From: Sphaerodactylus townsendi
Lineage: Eukaryota
DNA length: 64,000 nucleotides
Assembly (NCBI RefSeq): GCF_021028975.2
Contig: NC_059435.1
Location: 54,994,001-55,058,000 of the forward strand
Reading direction: 5' to 3'
Shown in pieces: positions 49,791 to 62,679 of the stretch; the stretch's first letter is position 1, and every line of letters begins with the position of its first letter. The position numbers and the translations under genes were made by a program. The notes under the pieces are model-generated. The model was not told the DNA's origin and searched no databases. It worked only from the letters and a program-made list of their open reading frames with translations.

Positions 49791-50149
49791 CTCTCCCTCG
49801 TGTGTATGTGTGTGTATGTGTTTCACTTCCACTCGAGTTACTGCCTATGTGCTGTTTCCACTGCTCATCTTTGGCCATCTGAGTGAACATTCTAAGGGCA
49901 CGAACATTCTAAGAGTGACAGTTACACACAGGCCCCTCCCTGTCCTTCACCAGGGAGCACCAGGAAAAAGGCGTTTTTACCTGGGCCAGGTATGAAATTT
50001 CAGGTATGTGAACATCTGAAAACACTCTCGCCTGACTGACTATAGTGGCTGGGAATTTTCAGAGGAATTGGCCCAGCAGTTACTGAGGTACCCTGTCATC
50101 AACACATACACGGTTAGCTTTTTATATATATAGATGAGAACTGCTTTCG

Positions 50150-51240
50150 TGTAAAGGTTTACAACCCGCTATAAGAGAATGCAACTGGAATACAAAGAGC
50201 AAGAGAGCATGTTTCACCAATTTTAGAATCTCCTTTGTCTTGGGAAAAGGACATCCCAGAGCCTTTAAAATTATCTGAATTAGTGGGGTCTGTCCTGTTT
50301 TAGGTTGGTGAATTAGCAGGGACAGACTTTGTGCTGAGAGAGGAGGGGTAACGAGGATCTTTTCTACCTATGTTTTACAGGGGTTTTCTCATTTAGAGAG
50401 CCATAGGAAAGCAGAATAGGTACACATGCAGTTTGGTAAACATATATTCACACACATACAGAGTTTCAAAGAGCCTAGGATATAGATAGAGGTAAAGGAT
50501 AGATGTGAATAGGTTGTTGCAAGGAAGGTTATATCTACCAGTTCCAGAAGAAAGGTCCGAGGAGGCAGGATCAGTGGTGGGATTCAGCAGGTTCGCACCA
50601 CTTCGACAGAACTGGTTGTTAAAATGGTGTTTGTAAACAACCAGTTGTTAAATTATTTGAATACCACCACTGGGCAGGATTCAATGCCTGCATAGGATGC
50701 AGAGGGAAGGGGCAATGTCAGGCACAATGGAACTGAACTAAAGGCAGTGCAGGAACTATTTGGGAGACCTAGATATTGGAAAATTTGGCCCTCTAGTGAT
50801 GCTAAGAGAGGCAATCTTTCTGGACATTCTCAGGAGAGAACAATACAGTGGAAATTGGCTGAAATGAGTCAGAGCAAGGGAGAGTCCAATTAAGTTTTAG
50901 GCAGAGTTGATGAATTTACAACTCAGGGCATTCCAATTCAAAGTAAGGTTAAATGGTCCTCTGGTAATAGATTGGATTGGCTAGGGAAGAAAGAATTCAG
51001 GAAAGCTGGTTATGCTGAGGCAGATTAGCATTTGTGTATCCTCTGCGAACTAGAGAGCAGGTGTGGCTGTCCAAGATTGTGGCTTTTGTTATCCATATTG
51101 AAATGGCACAGGCTTCAGGAAAGGAATTGTTCATTGCTATGCATACTTGATTAGGGAGTGGAGCGGAGAGGAATAGGATGAGCAGAGCCCTCCCCCCAAT
51201 TAGTATTGAAGTCCAGAATTAAGATTTGCATCCATCTACA
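50150..51240. mobile_element. Possible LTR-like element
   Basis: tgta...taca ends and purine-skewed composition; no TSD found. Confidence 0.3.
50572..50672. mobile_element. hAT MITE
   Basis: TIRs cagtggtgggattca / tgaataccaccactg; perfect TSD ggcaggat. Confidence 0.9.
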
Positions 51241-52575
51241 CCCCTCCCCCCAGGTACTGTAGTGAGCGTTGTGGGCAACCAAGTCTTCTGGCAGGTGGTT
51301 CTAGACCTAGCGGCCTACATACAACCCATACTGTTCCTGAGGGTCTCCAAATCCTAAAAAACAGTTTGGGGAAACATAAAGAAATGAAAAAATAAGTGGA
51401 TGATCAGTTCTGAATTCAACCCAAATGAAATGTTTTGTTACAAGATTTTTTAAAATTCAAAGTTTTTTTGAAGAGGGTCCCTAAACTTATGCTTACAGTT
51501 TGATAGTCATAGAGGTTAAATTTGCATGTATTTATTCCTTTGCTTTATTCCTTGCTGAGACTAAAGGTGGATTGCTTAATGTAAAAACAATGCAATCAGA
51601 TAGCAGACAGCATCCAATATTCCATGCAATAGGAGTAGGCTTACAGAATTTTTTAAAAATGCAAATACCAAACTGTCTAAGACAAGATATATAAATGAGA
51701 TACAGAGCAGTGGTACCTAAAATGATAATCATGAACTTAGTAGCTCTAAGGTCACCAATATCTAAATTTAGTAAGTCTGTTATCAATCTTGATGCATACA
51801 TAATAAGATTTAGTAAATTACAGAATAAACAGTTCAGAAACTAATTTGAAAAGGCAAAATGCAGTAAAAGCAGGATGATATATACTTTTTATTCTTAAAA
51901 AGTCATCTAATCTAATGAATATCTTCCCATCTTGAAATAGTATGTTCTAAATTTTCATTATGTTCATGTGCAGGTGTTAGGTCTCGGACTCTGGATTCTT
52001 GATCATTAGCATTTATTGAAAGGCAACAAAGTACCCAGCTTGAGAAAGCCAGTTCTGCCAGACCTGACTTTGCTAGTCCCCTTTATCCCCAGAGAGTATC
52101 TCCCCCCACCCCAGTTTCCCAAAGAATGTGTGAAAAGCGTTATTTTGGAGCTTAGGCACCCCAAGGTTGGCGATAGGGAAAGATACAGCCTGGCTTGTCC
52201 ACCACCACAGGGCAACAGACATCCTCTTTTCCCCTGAGAGCAACCTGCCAGGGTCAGCCTACTTATCTGCAAACATGTTAAGCCATAAAGATCAAGAGGA
52301 AGGAAAGTTCCATTACATATAGCAGGTGGTTACATATATCTTGCAACCATTACACTGAACTTCCATCACCCAGATGCCAGCCCTGCCAATATAAATGGTT
52401 ACAAAATCATTAATCTAGCAAATGCCCCTTAATCACCAGGCACACATGAACTGTAGAATTATCGAAAGGCAATGATTGCTAGGACAGCTTAACAGAAGGA
52501 ATAAGGTCAAAGAAAAGAAACAGAAATCCTTGCACAATCTTCTCCCGCAGTGCTGACTGGAGTATGCTTAGATTT

Positions 52576-52787
52576 TGTGTGCGTGTGCCATCAAGTCACA
52601 GCGGACTTATGACAACCTTGTAGAGTTCTTAAGATAAGAAACATTCAGAGGTGGTTTGCCATTGCCTGCCTCTGCATAGTGACCTTGGTAGTCTTTGGAG
52701 TTGCCCCATCCAAATACTAGCCAGGGCTGACCCTGCTCAGCTTCTGAGATCTGACAAGAGCTGGTTTGCCTGAGACTGTCCAGGTCC
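52576..52787 (-). mobile_element. 5S rRNA-derived SINE with BovB/Sauria tail (5S-Sauria-like)
   Basis: Minus strand gatctcagaagctgagcagggtcagccctggctagtatttggatggg matches the 5S rRNA internal control region, followed by ggcaaaccacctctg...cataagtccgctgtgacttgatggcacac. Confidence 0.82.
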
Positions 52788-53564
52788 GGACATCTTTACT
52801 GCAACACAATCCAATTTTCAAGGCCAAATATAAGTGAAGAAATGTGATGGGCTTGATCATATGCAGTCAGATCTTAGCCAAATTAATATTTCACATTCAA
52901 TGTGTAAAATGGAAAATGACCCACTTCCTGAACATGTTGAGAAATAAATGAAGTACAGTAGATTAACATCTCCTTGGGGATCCCCAACAAATCTTAATGT
53001 ACTCATAAGTTAATATATGATCATGTTAAAGTAATTAGATAATATTCATGATCTCAAGGGCAGAGGAAGAGAGATGTGTCCAGTTAAGAAAGAAATATAA
53101 TTAACAACTCATTTTAACAACAGGCATGTTCGTGGCTCCCCTACGATGTTTTGAAGACAGTTATAGAAGAAATGCAACATATTACAGAACTGCTAAACCT
53201 CAATAAATGCTAGTGTTTTTTTGCCGTATGAAAGGGCCATAAAACACCTTATTCCTTCTAAAAGTAAATAAATGACAAGGGTCTTGATTTAAAGTGACAG
53301 TCCAGATGAAATTTATTGGGCCAGAGATTTTGTGTGACTTTCTTCTGAAATAGTTGTATTTGCAGTTGCCCTTAGATGTCTTACAGTGAGTATAAGGTCC
53401 AAATCGCATTGATCATAAGAGTTCTGTGACTGGAATGCCCAGCAAGTAATTTCATCCTGGAAAGAAGCCATGCCATGGGGAAGTGAGATCTGCATTTAAA
53501 CTGCATGCTGAGGAAGGATTTTTTAACTCTTTCCCCTTCATATAATGATTTCCGTGACTGAAAA

Positions 53565-54600
53565 TGCCACCTCCATGGGCAGCTCAGTAGCACCATCCGT
53601 TGCCTACCCTGTCATGGCTGCTTGGGAAGCTACTGTAATCTCTGACAGTTCCAAGAATCCTTTTCTTAATCATATTGAACTATACAAAAGATATATCTAT
53701 ACTAAATCCACTGACAGAAATTCTTTTATTTTTTCTTTTTACATTTTAAATCATCTCACCCTAAGCATCTAATTAGAAATATTCCTTATGGACAGTTTTT
53801 GCATTTAAAACACAACTCTTCAGAGATTCAGAATTTCCACAGAGATGCAGGGAAGATGTATGAACAGTTTATAAAGAGGATATCCTGCAAATGTCTTGGC
53901 AGAAGCACTGAGGAAATCGGAAAATAGATATAGAAATGAGTTATTAAAGGACAAGACCAAAAATGCCAATACAAGATTTTCTTTGTCTAGTAAATATAAT
54001 CCTTTAGCATTTAAAATCAATAACATCATTAAAGAAAAATTCACATATTATTTCAATTATACCTAGTTGTAAGGATCTGCCTTTAACTGGATATAAGAAG
54101 ACTGGATCTCTAAAAGTTAAATTGATTCATGCAGATATAATTCATAAGAAACTGGAGAACAGCCAGGTAGTTGGCTTTTATAACTGTGGTTCACATTCAG
54201 TGTGCCATCTGGCATATGAAGCTAAGGCATTTGAATGGGAACAACCTAAATTTAAAAGACCATTGCACACTCTTTTAATTGCAACAGTAAACAAGTGGTA
54301 TATATAATCATATGCAAATGCAAGTTATTATATGTGGGGCAAACAATAAGACCCATTAAATTGTGCATATCGGAGCACGGATCATGCATTAAACATAAAT
54401 ATCTTGATTCCCCATACGTTCAACACTTTATTGAGAAAGGTCACACTGAAAAAGACATCCAGTTTTTCATTTTAAAAGAAGTTCACACAGACAGGTACAA
54501 TCATTTCAACATAACAAAAGAAATTACAAGAAAATAGATTAATTTTGGAACTGAACAATTCCTGGAGGACTGAATTCAGAGGCGACTTTTTCCTGTTTTC
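53565..54600 (+). mobile_element. Neptune-like Penelope element remnant (RT, Cys linker, GIY-YIG), disrupted
   Basis: TSMGSSVAPSVA...WE...YKRYI; YTKSTDRNS; HPKHLIRNIPYGQFL; GFYNCG...VC; VVYIIICKCKLLYVGQTIRPIK..ISEH; terminal PGGLN at ~54561. Several frameshifts. Confidence 0.85.
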
Positions 54601-54747
54601 TATAGACTAGATTGTAAATATTTAAAGAAGTCGGCAATGCTCCCAATACAATAGGTAGAGTTTTAGCTGCTGATGTTAAGTATGGCACACATGTGGATTT
54701 GTCAGTTGGAGAGACTTTCAGTTTTTCTGTTGTTGTGTTATGGTGAG

Positions 54748-55175
54748 CAGAGACACAGCTAGATAAAATGGAGCCCGGGGCAAAACCTGAGTTCTAAGAA
54801 AAATGCCAGCTGAGCTACTAGGGTTGGGGAGAGGGAGGCAAGGGTTGAGTAGTGATTGGAGAAGGTGGCAAGGGATGGCTAGGAGTGAGGGAGATAAGAA
54901 GGGATGGCTAGGGGTGGCTAGGGGTTGGAGAGGGTTCCAAGGGGGTGGGGGCGGCTCTGCCTGGCCCTCTGTGGCCCAGGGAGCCAGAAGATGGGCAGGA
55001 ACTGTCCTCTGCACCAACTGCACCAACTGCATCCCTGCACCAACTGTCCTCAGGAGGGGTGCTAGCCTAGCTCAGGATTGAAGAGTGGGGGGCAATTTCT
55101 AACCCCCCACAAGATGTGAACAGCAGCTGCCCAGGGTGTTTGTCCCCAGACCGCCCCGTGGAAGCTCCACCTCTG
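54748..55175. mobile_element. hAT non-autonomous element
   Basis: TIRs cagagacacagct / agctccacctctg; perfect TSD atggtgag (54740-54747, 55176-55183). Confidence 0.78.
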
Positions 55176-55199
55176 ATGGTGAGTAAGACTTCATATTAT

Positions 55200-57057
55200 T
55201 ACTGGAGGCTCCCTTGCCATCTTCTGGCCTGTGTTTGGCCCAGTTTTCCCTGCTCTCTGAAGCCAGTGTCGACAGGGTCCTGGCTGCTGTTAGACCTACT
55301 ACCTGTCCTCTGGATCTGTGCCCCTCCTGGCTTATTAAAGCATGCCGGGCGGAGGTGCGACCCCACCTGTTGCACATCATCAATAGCTCCCTTGAGCAAG
55401 GAGTTTTTCCATGTGGGTTGAAGGAGGTAGTGGTCCGTCCACTCTTAAAGAGATCATCGTTAGATCCTGGTGATCTGGCCAATTACTGCCCTGTCTCAAA
55501 TCTTTCGTTTCTGGGGGAGGTAATTGAGAGAGTGGTGTTGGAGCAGCTTCAGGGCTTTCTGGAGGACTCATTGGTTTATGATCCCTTCCAGTCTGGCTTC
55601 CGTGCTGGGCATGGGACAGAGATGGTTCTCATTGCCGTCACAGATACGCTCCATATGCAGATCAACCGAGGCGGATCGGCGCTGCTGGTATTATTAGATC
55701 TTACCGCAGCATTTGATGTGGTTGATCATGATCTTTTGACCCACCGCCTGGCTGCTTCCGGGGTGCAGGGCACTGTCCTTCAATGAATTGCCTCGTTTCT
55801 TCAGAACCGGAGTCAGCAAGTGTGGTGTGGGGACCAAGCCTCCTGGAGGTGCCCGCTTCATTGCGGTGTGCCTCAGGGGGTGCTGTTGTCCCCGCTGTTA
55901 TTCAACATCTATATGCGACCCCTTGCTCAGCTGGTACGGAGCTTTGGGCTGGCGTGCCATCAATATGCTGATGACACTCAGCTAATTCTGTTGATGGAGG
56001 GGGGAGTGGCTGCCGTCCCTGCAGCTCTACAGCATTGTTTGGAGGCAGTCGCTGGTTGGTTGAAGCAGAGCAGGTTAAAACTGAATCCAGCGAAGACAGA
56101 GATCCTTTGGCTGGGCCGTGTTGAGGGGGTGGGGGACTTTCAGCTGCCGGTGTGGGAGGGGGTCTCATTGGCACTGACTCCTTCCGTTTGTAGCCTGGGG
56201 GTCCACCTGAATTCGTCTCTCTCAATGGAGACCCAGGTGGCCCATGTAACCCGGGTTGCGTTATTCCATCTCCGAAAGGCCAGGCGACTGGCCCCCTTCC
56301 TCTCCCAGGCAGATCTAGCCACTGTGATCCATGTAACAGTCACCTCCAGATTAGACTATTGCAACTCACTTTACGCGGGCCTTCCCTTGCGTTTGATTCG
56401 GAAATTGAAACTGGTCCAGCATGCGGCGGCTCGCTTGCTCACAGGAGGTGCCATCAGAGATCACATCTTACCTGTGCTGTGCCGCCTGCACTGGCTCCCA
56501 GTTGAGTTCCGAATTGTTTTCAAGGACCCTGAGGACCCTAATCTTTAAGGCCTTACGCGGTCTGGGACTCTTGTACCTATGGGACCGTCTGGCCCCATAT
56601 GTCCTAATTTGGCCTCTGCATTTGGCAGAGGCCAATCTGATGGTGGTCCTCGGCCCCTCCATGATGCGGCTGGCTTCCACTCAGGCCAGGGCTTTTACGG
56701 CCCTGCCCCCTGCCTGGTGGAACGCTCTCCCTCCAGCTGTCCGGGCCCTGCGGGACCTTAATGAGTTCCGCAGGGCCTATAAGACTGAGCTATTCCACTG
56801 GGCTTTTGGGGAGGCCAGCCGCTGATGTACGTCCCCCCCCTTTAACAACTGGGGCCCTGCTGCCCCCCCAGAGGAGTTTTAGCTGTTAGACGCCATCTGT
56901 TGTTTTTGAAATGGTATATTATAATTTGAGCGCTGTATTTTAATGCGGACCAGTACTAAATGTACAGTATTTGTTTATTTATTCACCTGTTTGTTTTGAT
57001 TGCTTGCTGTGAACCGCCCTGAGCCCTTCGGGGGAGGGCGGTATACAAGTTTAATAA
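55200..57057 (+). mobile_element. 5'-truncated L2-clade LINE (RT domain to 3' tail), inactivated
   Basis: ORFs 55214-55786 and 55820-56548 carry QSGFRAGHGTE, LLDLTAAFDVVDH, GVPQG..LSPLLFNIYM, YADDTQL, SRLDYCNSL; stop at 55784-55786, frameshift near 56530; 3' cgccctgagcccttcgggggagggcggtata; possible TSD atattat. Confidence 0.93.
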
Positions 57058-57611
57058 ATATTATATTGTGGTGTAAACTTTGTTATGGATTGTTAAATTA
57101 TAATATATAATTAATGTTGTTCATATTTATAATTGTTTCAGAACATTGAAGGAAATAGAACACCATGTTTCATTTTTAGTTAAGACAATAATTAGTTATG
57201 CTATCAACAAGTAGAGGCTAAATGTAAATTGTAAATTGCTGGTTTTATATGTGGCTAACAATGAAAATTACCTTACGAATTGTTGCTTGTCTGTGCCAGC
57301 ACACACAGTACACACTGTATTGCTTTGTTGTTGTATTTGTACTTGTTTTTGTATTTGTTGTTGTATTTGTTGTATTTGTACCTTTGCTTTAGGGATTTAC
57401 TTTAATATAGCTTTAGTATATTATTTTATTGTACAATGCATATAATGTTAAATATTTTAATATGTCTTGAGATCTATTGTTGACATCTATTGCCCTGAGT
57501 AAGTAGAATGGGCAGGGACATATTTTAAATAAATGCTATAATTCAACTAGGAAATTTGCACAGCAGAAGAATTAGCTCACCCCTTTCCCACCACTAATCC
57601 ATACCAGACCT

Positions 57612-57871
57612 GAGAAGCAAGCCTTTATTGGCATCGACAGCAGTACAACAATAATAAAAACAGATTAAAAAGCATATACAATACAGGATATACGTGTTAG
57701 GACGAAGGAAATCGACTGGCATTTAGTAATTTCCAGGAGAAAGTCTGCCACTGTCATACAGAGAGAAGGATCAGGGTTGTCCAACAAGTAGTGTAATCTA
57801 ATTAATTCGGGGAGATCGGGTAAATGTAAAGGAGTGAGATTCACATACTTGGATCTGATTTCCTTGAATCT
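57612..57871 (-). mobile_element. RTE-X-like LINE 3' fragment
   Basis: Ends in atgccaataaaggcttg on the minus strand; 12-bp TSD cataccagacct (57600-57611, 57872-57883); residual ORF FKEIRSKY...YLLDNPDP...VADFL. Confidence 0.75.
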
Positions 57872-58878
57872 CATACCAGACCTTCCAGTAGGCTTCAGCA
57901 CCGATAACAAATATTGGTATTTTGGGTTCAGGTACTTTTGACTCAGAAATTATTGGTAAATCTGAATAAAGTCAACATCCATTGGCTTTATTTGGGTATT
58001 GCTGAAAATATTCAGCATAAAAAACCTGAACCCAATTTTTTTCAGCCCCCCCCCCCCATAAGTCAGCTGTGACTTGATGGCACACACACCAAAAAGCTAC
58101 TTGGATTAGTGGAAAAATTAAGCATACATCCCCTCTCCCTGTGTGATATGGTAGGAACTGCAGTTTAGGTGGATTGTATTTTCTGTTGCAACTTCATTTT
58201 GCTTAAAAGCTGTTTCTTTTTGTTCTTTTTGGATTCAGCTGATTCAAATAAACACCTTTCTCTCGAATCACCCCTACCACACTTGCAGAGCATTAGAGCT
58301 CTCTCAGTTTAGATTCTTTAGAGGCACTCAAAGTCTAATTTACAATTTCTGTAACTGAAGCCACAGATAATCCTTGTGTAAATTATCTATTAGTGAGTTT
58401 CACTTTGAATCTCTGTTAGAATTGTGTTTTGTTATTGAATAAATTTAGTTCAGGGTAACAGCTTTGCTTTAACCAGAACTGTTAAAAACTCTTCAGAAAT
58501 GTTCAATCCATCTCTACAAGAACAAACTGAGCTGTTATCTCTCAAATTGTGTTTGTAGATAAAAACACAGAAGCACAGAGAAAGCTGCATTATTTTGTGA
58601 AATCCTTAATGCCTCTGCTTTAAAGAAGTGCGATAAAGAATGCAAAGTATATTTCTGGGGAGACCATGAAATTATTAACCACAACCTAGGATGCAATTGT
58701 TTTTTTAAAGGTAACTTCATAAAATTCGTCAATAGTTCCAGTTTCTGTAACACCAACAAATTATAAAAATAATGTACTAGTTGCTCTGACTGTAGATGTG
58801 GATAATCCCCAGTACAGTCAGGACATTTATGCTAGAACCAAACTGAAAGTATCAGCATGTGACCTGTAATATTTCTTT

Positions 58879-59008
58879 GGCTCATTCCGCACACGCAGAA
58901 TAATGCACTTTCAAGCTGCTTTCAGGGCTCTTTGAAGCTGTGCGGAATGGCAAAAACAGTTGTGAAAGCAGCTTGAAAGTGCATTATTTTGCGTGTGCGG
59001 AATGAGCC
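58879..59008. mobile_element. Harbinger-like palindromic MITE
   Basis: Long TIRs ggctcattccgcacacgca / gcgtgtgcggaatgagcc; TTT on both flanks. Confidence 0.9.
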
Positions 59009-59995
59009 TTTGATTTGGGGCATAAACGTCAGAACAGAGAGCAATTGAAATGAATAATAAGTAACATTATGGTATAAAAATTCCTGGGTATGAAAATATT
59101 AATGTTTTGAAGGTGCTTTGATAAGAGATGGAGGAAAGCCATTAAGCTAACAGTTCACCTTGGATTTTATGTAGCTTCATAGCTGAAACTCACTTTACTA
59201 CCTAGTTCAGTAGAATCAAAGGCATGAACCTGTTAATATTCATTGACCAGAATATGACCAAATCACCAGTGTGAAAAAGTGAATGACCCTAAAGATAAAG
59301 GCCTTCTAATATTATTTTCAAGATATGCATTTGTTTACCATCTTACATTTTACTAGCTTCAGATTTCAGTCAACGCATTAATATCTGATTGCCATTCTGC
59401 ATTACATGAGCAATGCTCCAGTTCTATGTATCAATAGAGTTACGTTTGAGAGGGCAATAGGAGTGGCACTGGAGAAGGCTATGGAGTTATGATGATCCTG
59501 TTCACAATCGTGGGTAGTACAGATTAAGTACTTCTGAACATACCGGATATAAATAAGAATGCCTAAGAGTGGAGAAATTTCTTGTTTTTTCCAGACCCCT
59601 TTTTTTCTTGTCACCTTAGTGGGAAGAGGATGGGGCTCAAGTTGTTAGATTTAGTTCAGAGTCATAGATCTGCCCAGTAGTGTGTGTGAGTGCAGTTTAT
59701 AGAAACTTCCCAAGAGATAAATGTAAAAGGTAAAACTTACATTTATTCAAGCATCTCCAGTTCACAGCTTTGTTCCAGGAAAAAGGTAGATAGAAAGAAA
59801 CCCTAGTCTAAAGAGATTACTTTCCCTATGACAAGTGGGCACAACTAACGTGCCATCACGTGTGTGCGGGTAAGGGGAATGCTACAGTGGGAAAGCCCCA
59901 CTGTGGCAGGATGCCATTGACCACGCGCTCAGGTCAAAGGCTAGAACAGAAGTGAAACCAGCATGGGGAAGAAAGGAAGTTAGTGGGCGGTCTCC

Positions 59996-60143
59996 TGGTG
60001 GCGAAGCTAAGGCACTCCAGATGTTCATGGACTACAATTCCCATTAGGACTACAATTCCCATTAGCCAATTGGCCATGATGGCAGGGGCTGATGGGAATT
60101 GTAGTTCATGAACATATGGAGTGCCATAGCTTCGCCACCACTG
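59996..60143. mobile_element. Palindromic hAT MITE variant with an internal 18-bp duplication
   Basis: Core shared with 912-1058; ggactacaattcccatta occurs twice; right end gcttcgccaccactg. Confidence 0.75.
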
Positions 60144-60324
60144 TTCTATCATCATGAGGACAGTAGCACTGAGGTATAAGGAGGTTGCCCCTGGCAAATA
60201 TGTAAGTGCCACCCCAAGCTGTCACACCTCCAAAGGTTCCTTTCTACTAAATAAGGAATGTTTAGCTATATGATAGAGTCTTTCTCCAGTGGCAGATTCT
60301 TTGCTAAGAAGAGAAACATTGGCT

Positions 60325-60520
60325 TCAGAATAGCATAGGATGAGCCCTGCCTGACCAGGCCAGTGGCTATTCAGTCTAGCATCTCATCTCACATAGTGGC
60401 CAACCAGTTGCTATGGATGACCAAAAATAGGGCATAGAAGCCAAGAACTCCTCTTGATGTTGCCTCTTAGCACTGGTATTCAGAGGTTTACTGTCACTGG
60501 CTGTGGAGGTTCACTCTAGG
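60325..60520 (-). mobile_element. CR1-type 3' UTR fragment
   Basis: Reverse-complement similarity to 27855-28072. Confidence 0.6.
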
Positions 60521-61415
60521 CAACAACCTAATACAACAAAAGAGGACAGAAAAGTGAACTGCTGATGCCTGCAAGACGTATTTGGCAAAAGATGAGAGAA
60601 ATATCTAACTTAAGCCCCTGTGAGGAAATTGTGCTAGACGGAGTCATGATTAGGAAAAGGCTCAGGTGTTAAACATTCATGCTCCCATGCCACAGGTCAT
60701 ATTATTGCAAACTTGCAACAGCTGTATAAGAAGTCATGGGTTTTGCTTTAAGAATGTAATTCTTTTGACCAACTGTTGAACAAATGAACCGGATGAAAGC
60801 ATGAAATGACAGAGTGAGACAAATGGAGCATCAGCACACTAACTTCAATTGGTCAGGCCATGTGCTGTCAAGCAGCATTTGATGGGAAATGAATCAAAGC
60901 AGACAAAGTGGATCAAAGGGAGATTTTTCAGGAGGCCAAATGTGCAACGTGTGCTTCACTTGATTGTCTATATAGCCTCTAACACAGATACCATTATTCA
61001 AATAGTGTTGTTTCTGCATGATAGTTCATGGCCTCAGTTAGTTTGGATATAATCCGCTAACTCTCTTCCTATATTCTATGGCAGTGATGATGATAGCTAA
61101 GCCAGGTACTTATGTCCACTTTTCAAATTAAGTGTGTGAGGTTAAAAATGATCTCATGCTAATTTGTTAAGCTCATATTATATTAGGTGCATCATATCTG
61201 GTACAAAAACCAATTTGCCTGCTGAGAAAACAGAACCCAATTTACTCTATAATCAGCAGCACATCAGTGTTAGCGTGGCCAGGGCTGTTTTTCTGGAAAT
61301 TTAAAGCTTTTGCTCCCATTCATATTCCCCCAAAATATTTGTTTGTTTGTTTACATTATTTATAGTTCACCTTTTCACTTGGACTCAAAGCAGATTATAA
61401 AGTGTTTGGTTTTTG

Positions 61416-61465
61416 CTAGTTGTGGTGGGTTTTCCGGGCTGTGTGGCCATGGTCTGTTAGATCTT
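61416..61465 (-). mobile_element. Penelope pLTR fragment
   Basis: ggtgggttttccgggctgtgtggcc.tggtctg is the reverse complement of 6913-6945. Confidence 0.65.
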
Positions 61466-61614
61466 CTTAATTACTCATTTGGTACATTTCCATTCTATCT
61501 CATCCTTCCTACAATGAGCTCAGGGTAGTATGTTTGGTTTTTGTTTGTGCGGAAAAACCTGCTCAGTTCTTTGTAATTTGGCATTATTTAACAAGAACTT
61601 CTAGCATTCCACAA

Positions 61615-62165
61615 TAAGGGCTAATGGTTTGAGTGTTAGACTAGAATCTAGAAATCCCACATTTCTACTACTTTGCCATGAAAAATGCTGAGTGACCTTA
61701 GGCCAGTTATTCCTTGTCACAGTGGTCTTGCGAGGATAAAATGAAGGAAGGGAAAACAAAGCATACTACCCTGAGCTCATTGTATGAAGGATGAGATAGA
61801 ATGGAAATGTACCAAATGAGTAAATAAGAAGCTGTAGTTCAGGAGGGCCCTTGCTTCAAATCTTGTCTGACCTAGGCCCCTTCCACACATGCAAAATAAT
61901 GTGTTCTCAAACCACTTTCACAACTGTTTGCAAGTGGATTTTGCTATTCCGCACAGCTTCAAAGAGCACTGAAAGCAGTTTGAAACTGCACTATTCTGCA
62001 TGTGCGGAATGAGCCTAGATGTCCTTAGGTAGGCCATTCCATCATGACCTCAGACCCTCACATCTACTTTTTCTGTTGTTAGGATAATATTACTGGCCTA
62101 TCTTGCAGGGCTATTGTGAAGATTACAAGATAATTTAGACACACGGAACATTGAAAGTGCTTTAT
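61615..62165 (+). mobile_element. Two old MIR/CORE-like SINE remnants
   Basis: gagtgttagactagaatct..gtgacctta.gcc and tggcctatcttgcagggctattgtgaagatta motifs; the second is interrupted by a MITE. Confidence 0.5.
61875..62015. mobile_element. Harbinger-like palindromic MITE
   Basis: Very similar to 34143-34283. Confidence 0.88.
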
Positions 62166-62679
62166 AAATACTGCAGAATTTTATAACAGTTGGACAGACA
62201 GTTGAAGCATTTTATGCTTTTACCATGTCCCTTATCGTCATCTCGTGTATGGGAAACAAAACACGTCAAAACCAGCACTGATTTTTGATCTATTTCCACC
62301 ATACATTTTGATACAGGAAGAGGAACCATATGGCGATGAATGTTTGCCATGCCAGATATGCTTTACCATGTCTGTCATGCCATCATTTATTTAGGTATAT
62401 CCTGCTAATCATTCAATTCAATATGTCAATCCTGACAGAAATGAATGCAATTTGTCCTGACAGAAATGAAATCAATTTGAAATGAATAGATTCCTCTGTG
62501 TTTACTGCCAGGCAGTCAGTTTTCTTTTCTTGCCAAGAACTATGCACTTCACAGCCTAGGGCAGAAGCTTGTCTTTGGTATGTATTGAAAAAATACAATG
62601 GTTCTTTCCACACAGCAGAAATAAAACATTCTGCAGATATTTTTAAAATATGCATTTTGGCATTTTATGTTTGCTCTAA

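Larger units (their letters stand above)
48273..50134 (-). mobile_element. Non-autonomous Helitron with both termini
   Basis: Minus strand begins A|TCTATATATATAAAA (50134) and ends GCCACAGCAACGCGTGGC hairpin..CTAG|T (48273); inserted between A and T with no TSD. Confidence 0.8.

Noticed and set aside
52700-52787. Functional 5S rRNA gene; likewise tRNA genes at SINE heads
   Set aside because: Partial, diverged and fused to SINE bodies and tails.
59685-60226. Possible minus-strand solo LTR (tgtga...tcaca) around the MITE
   Set aside because: No TSD at the candidate ends; boundaries ambiguous.
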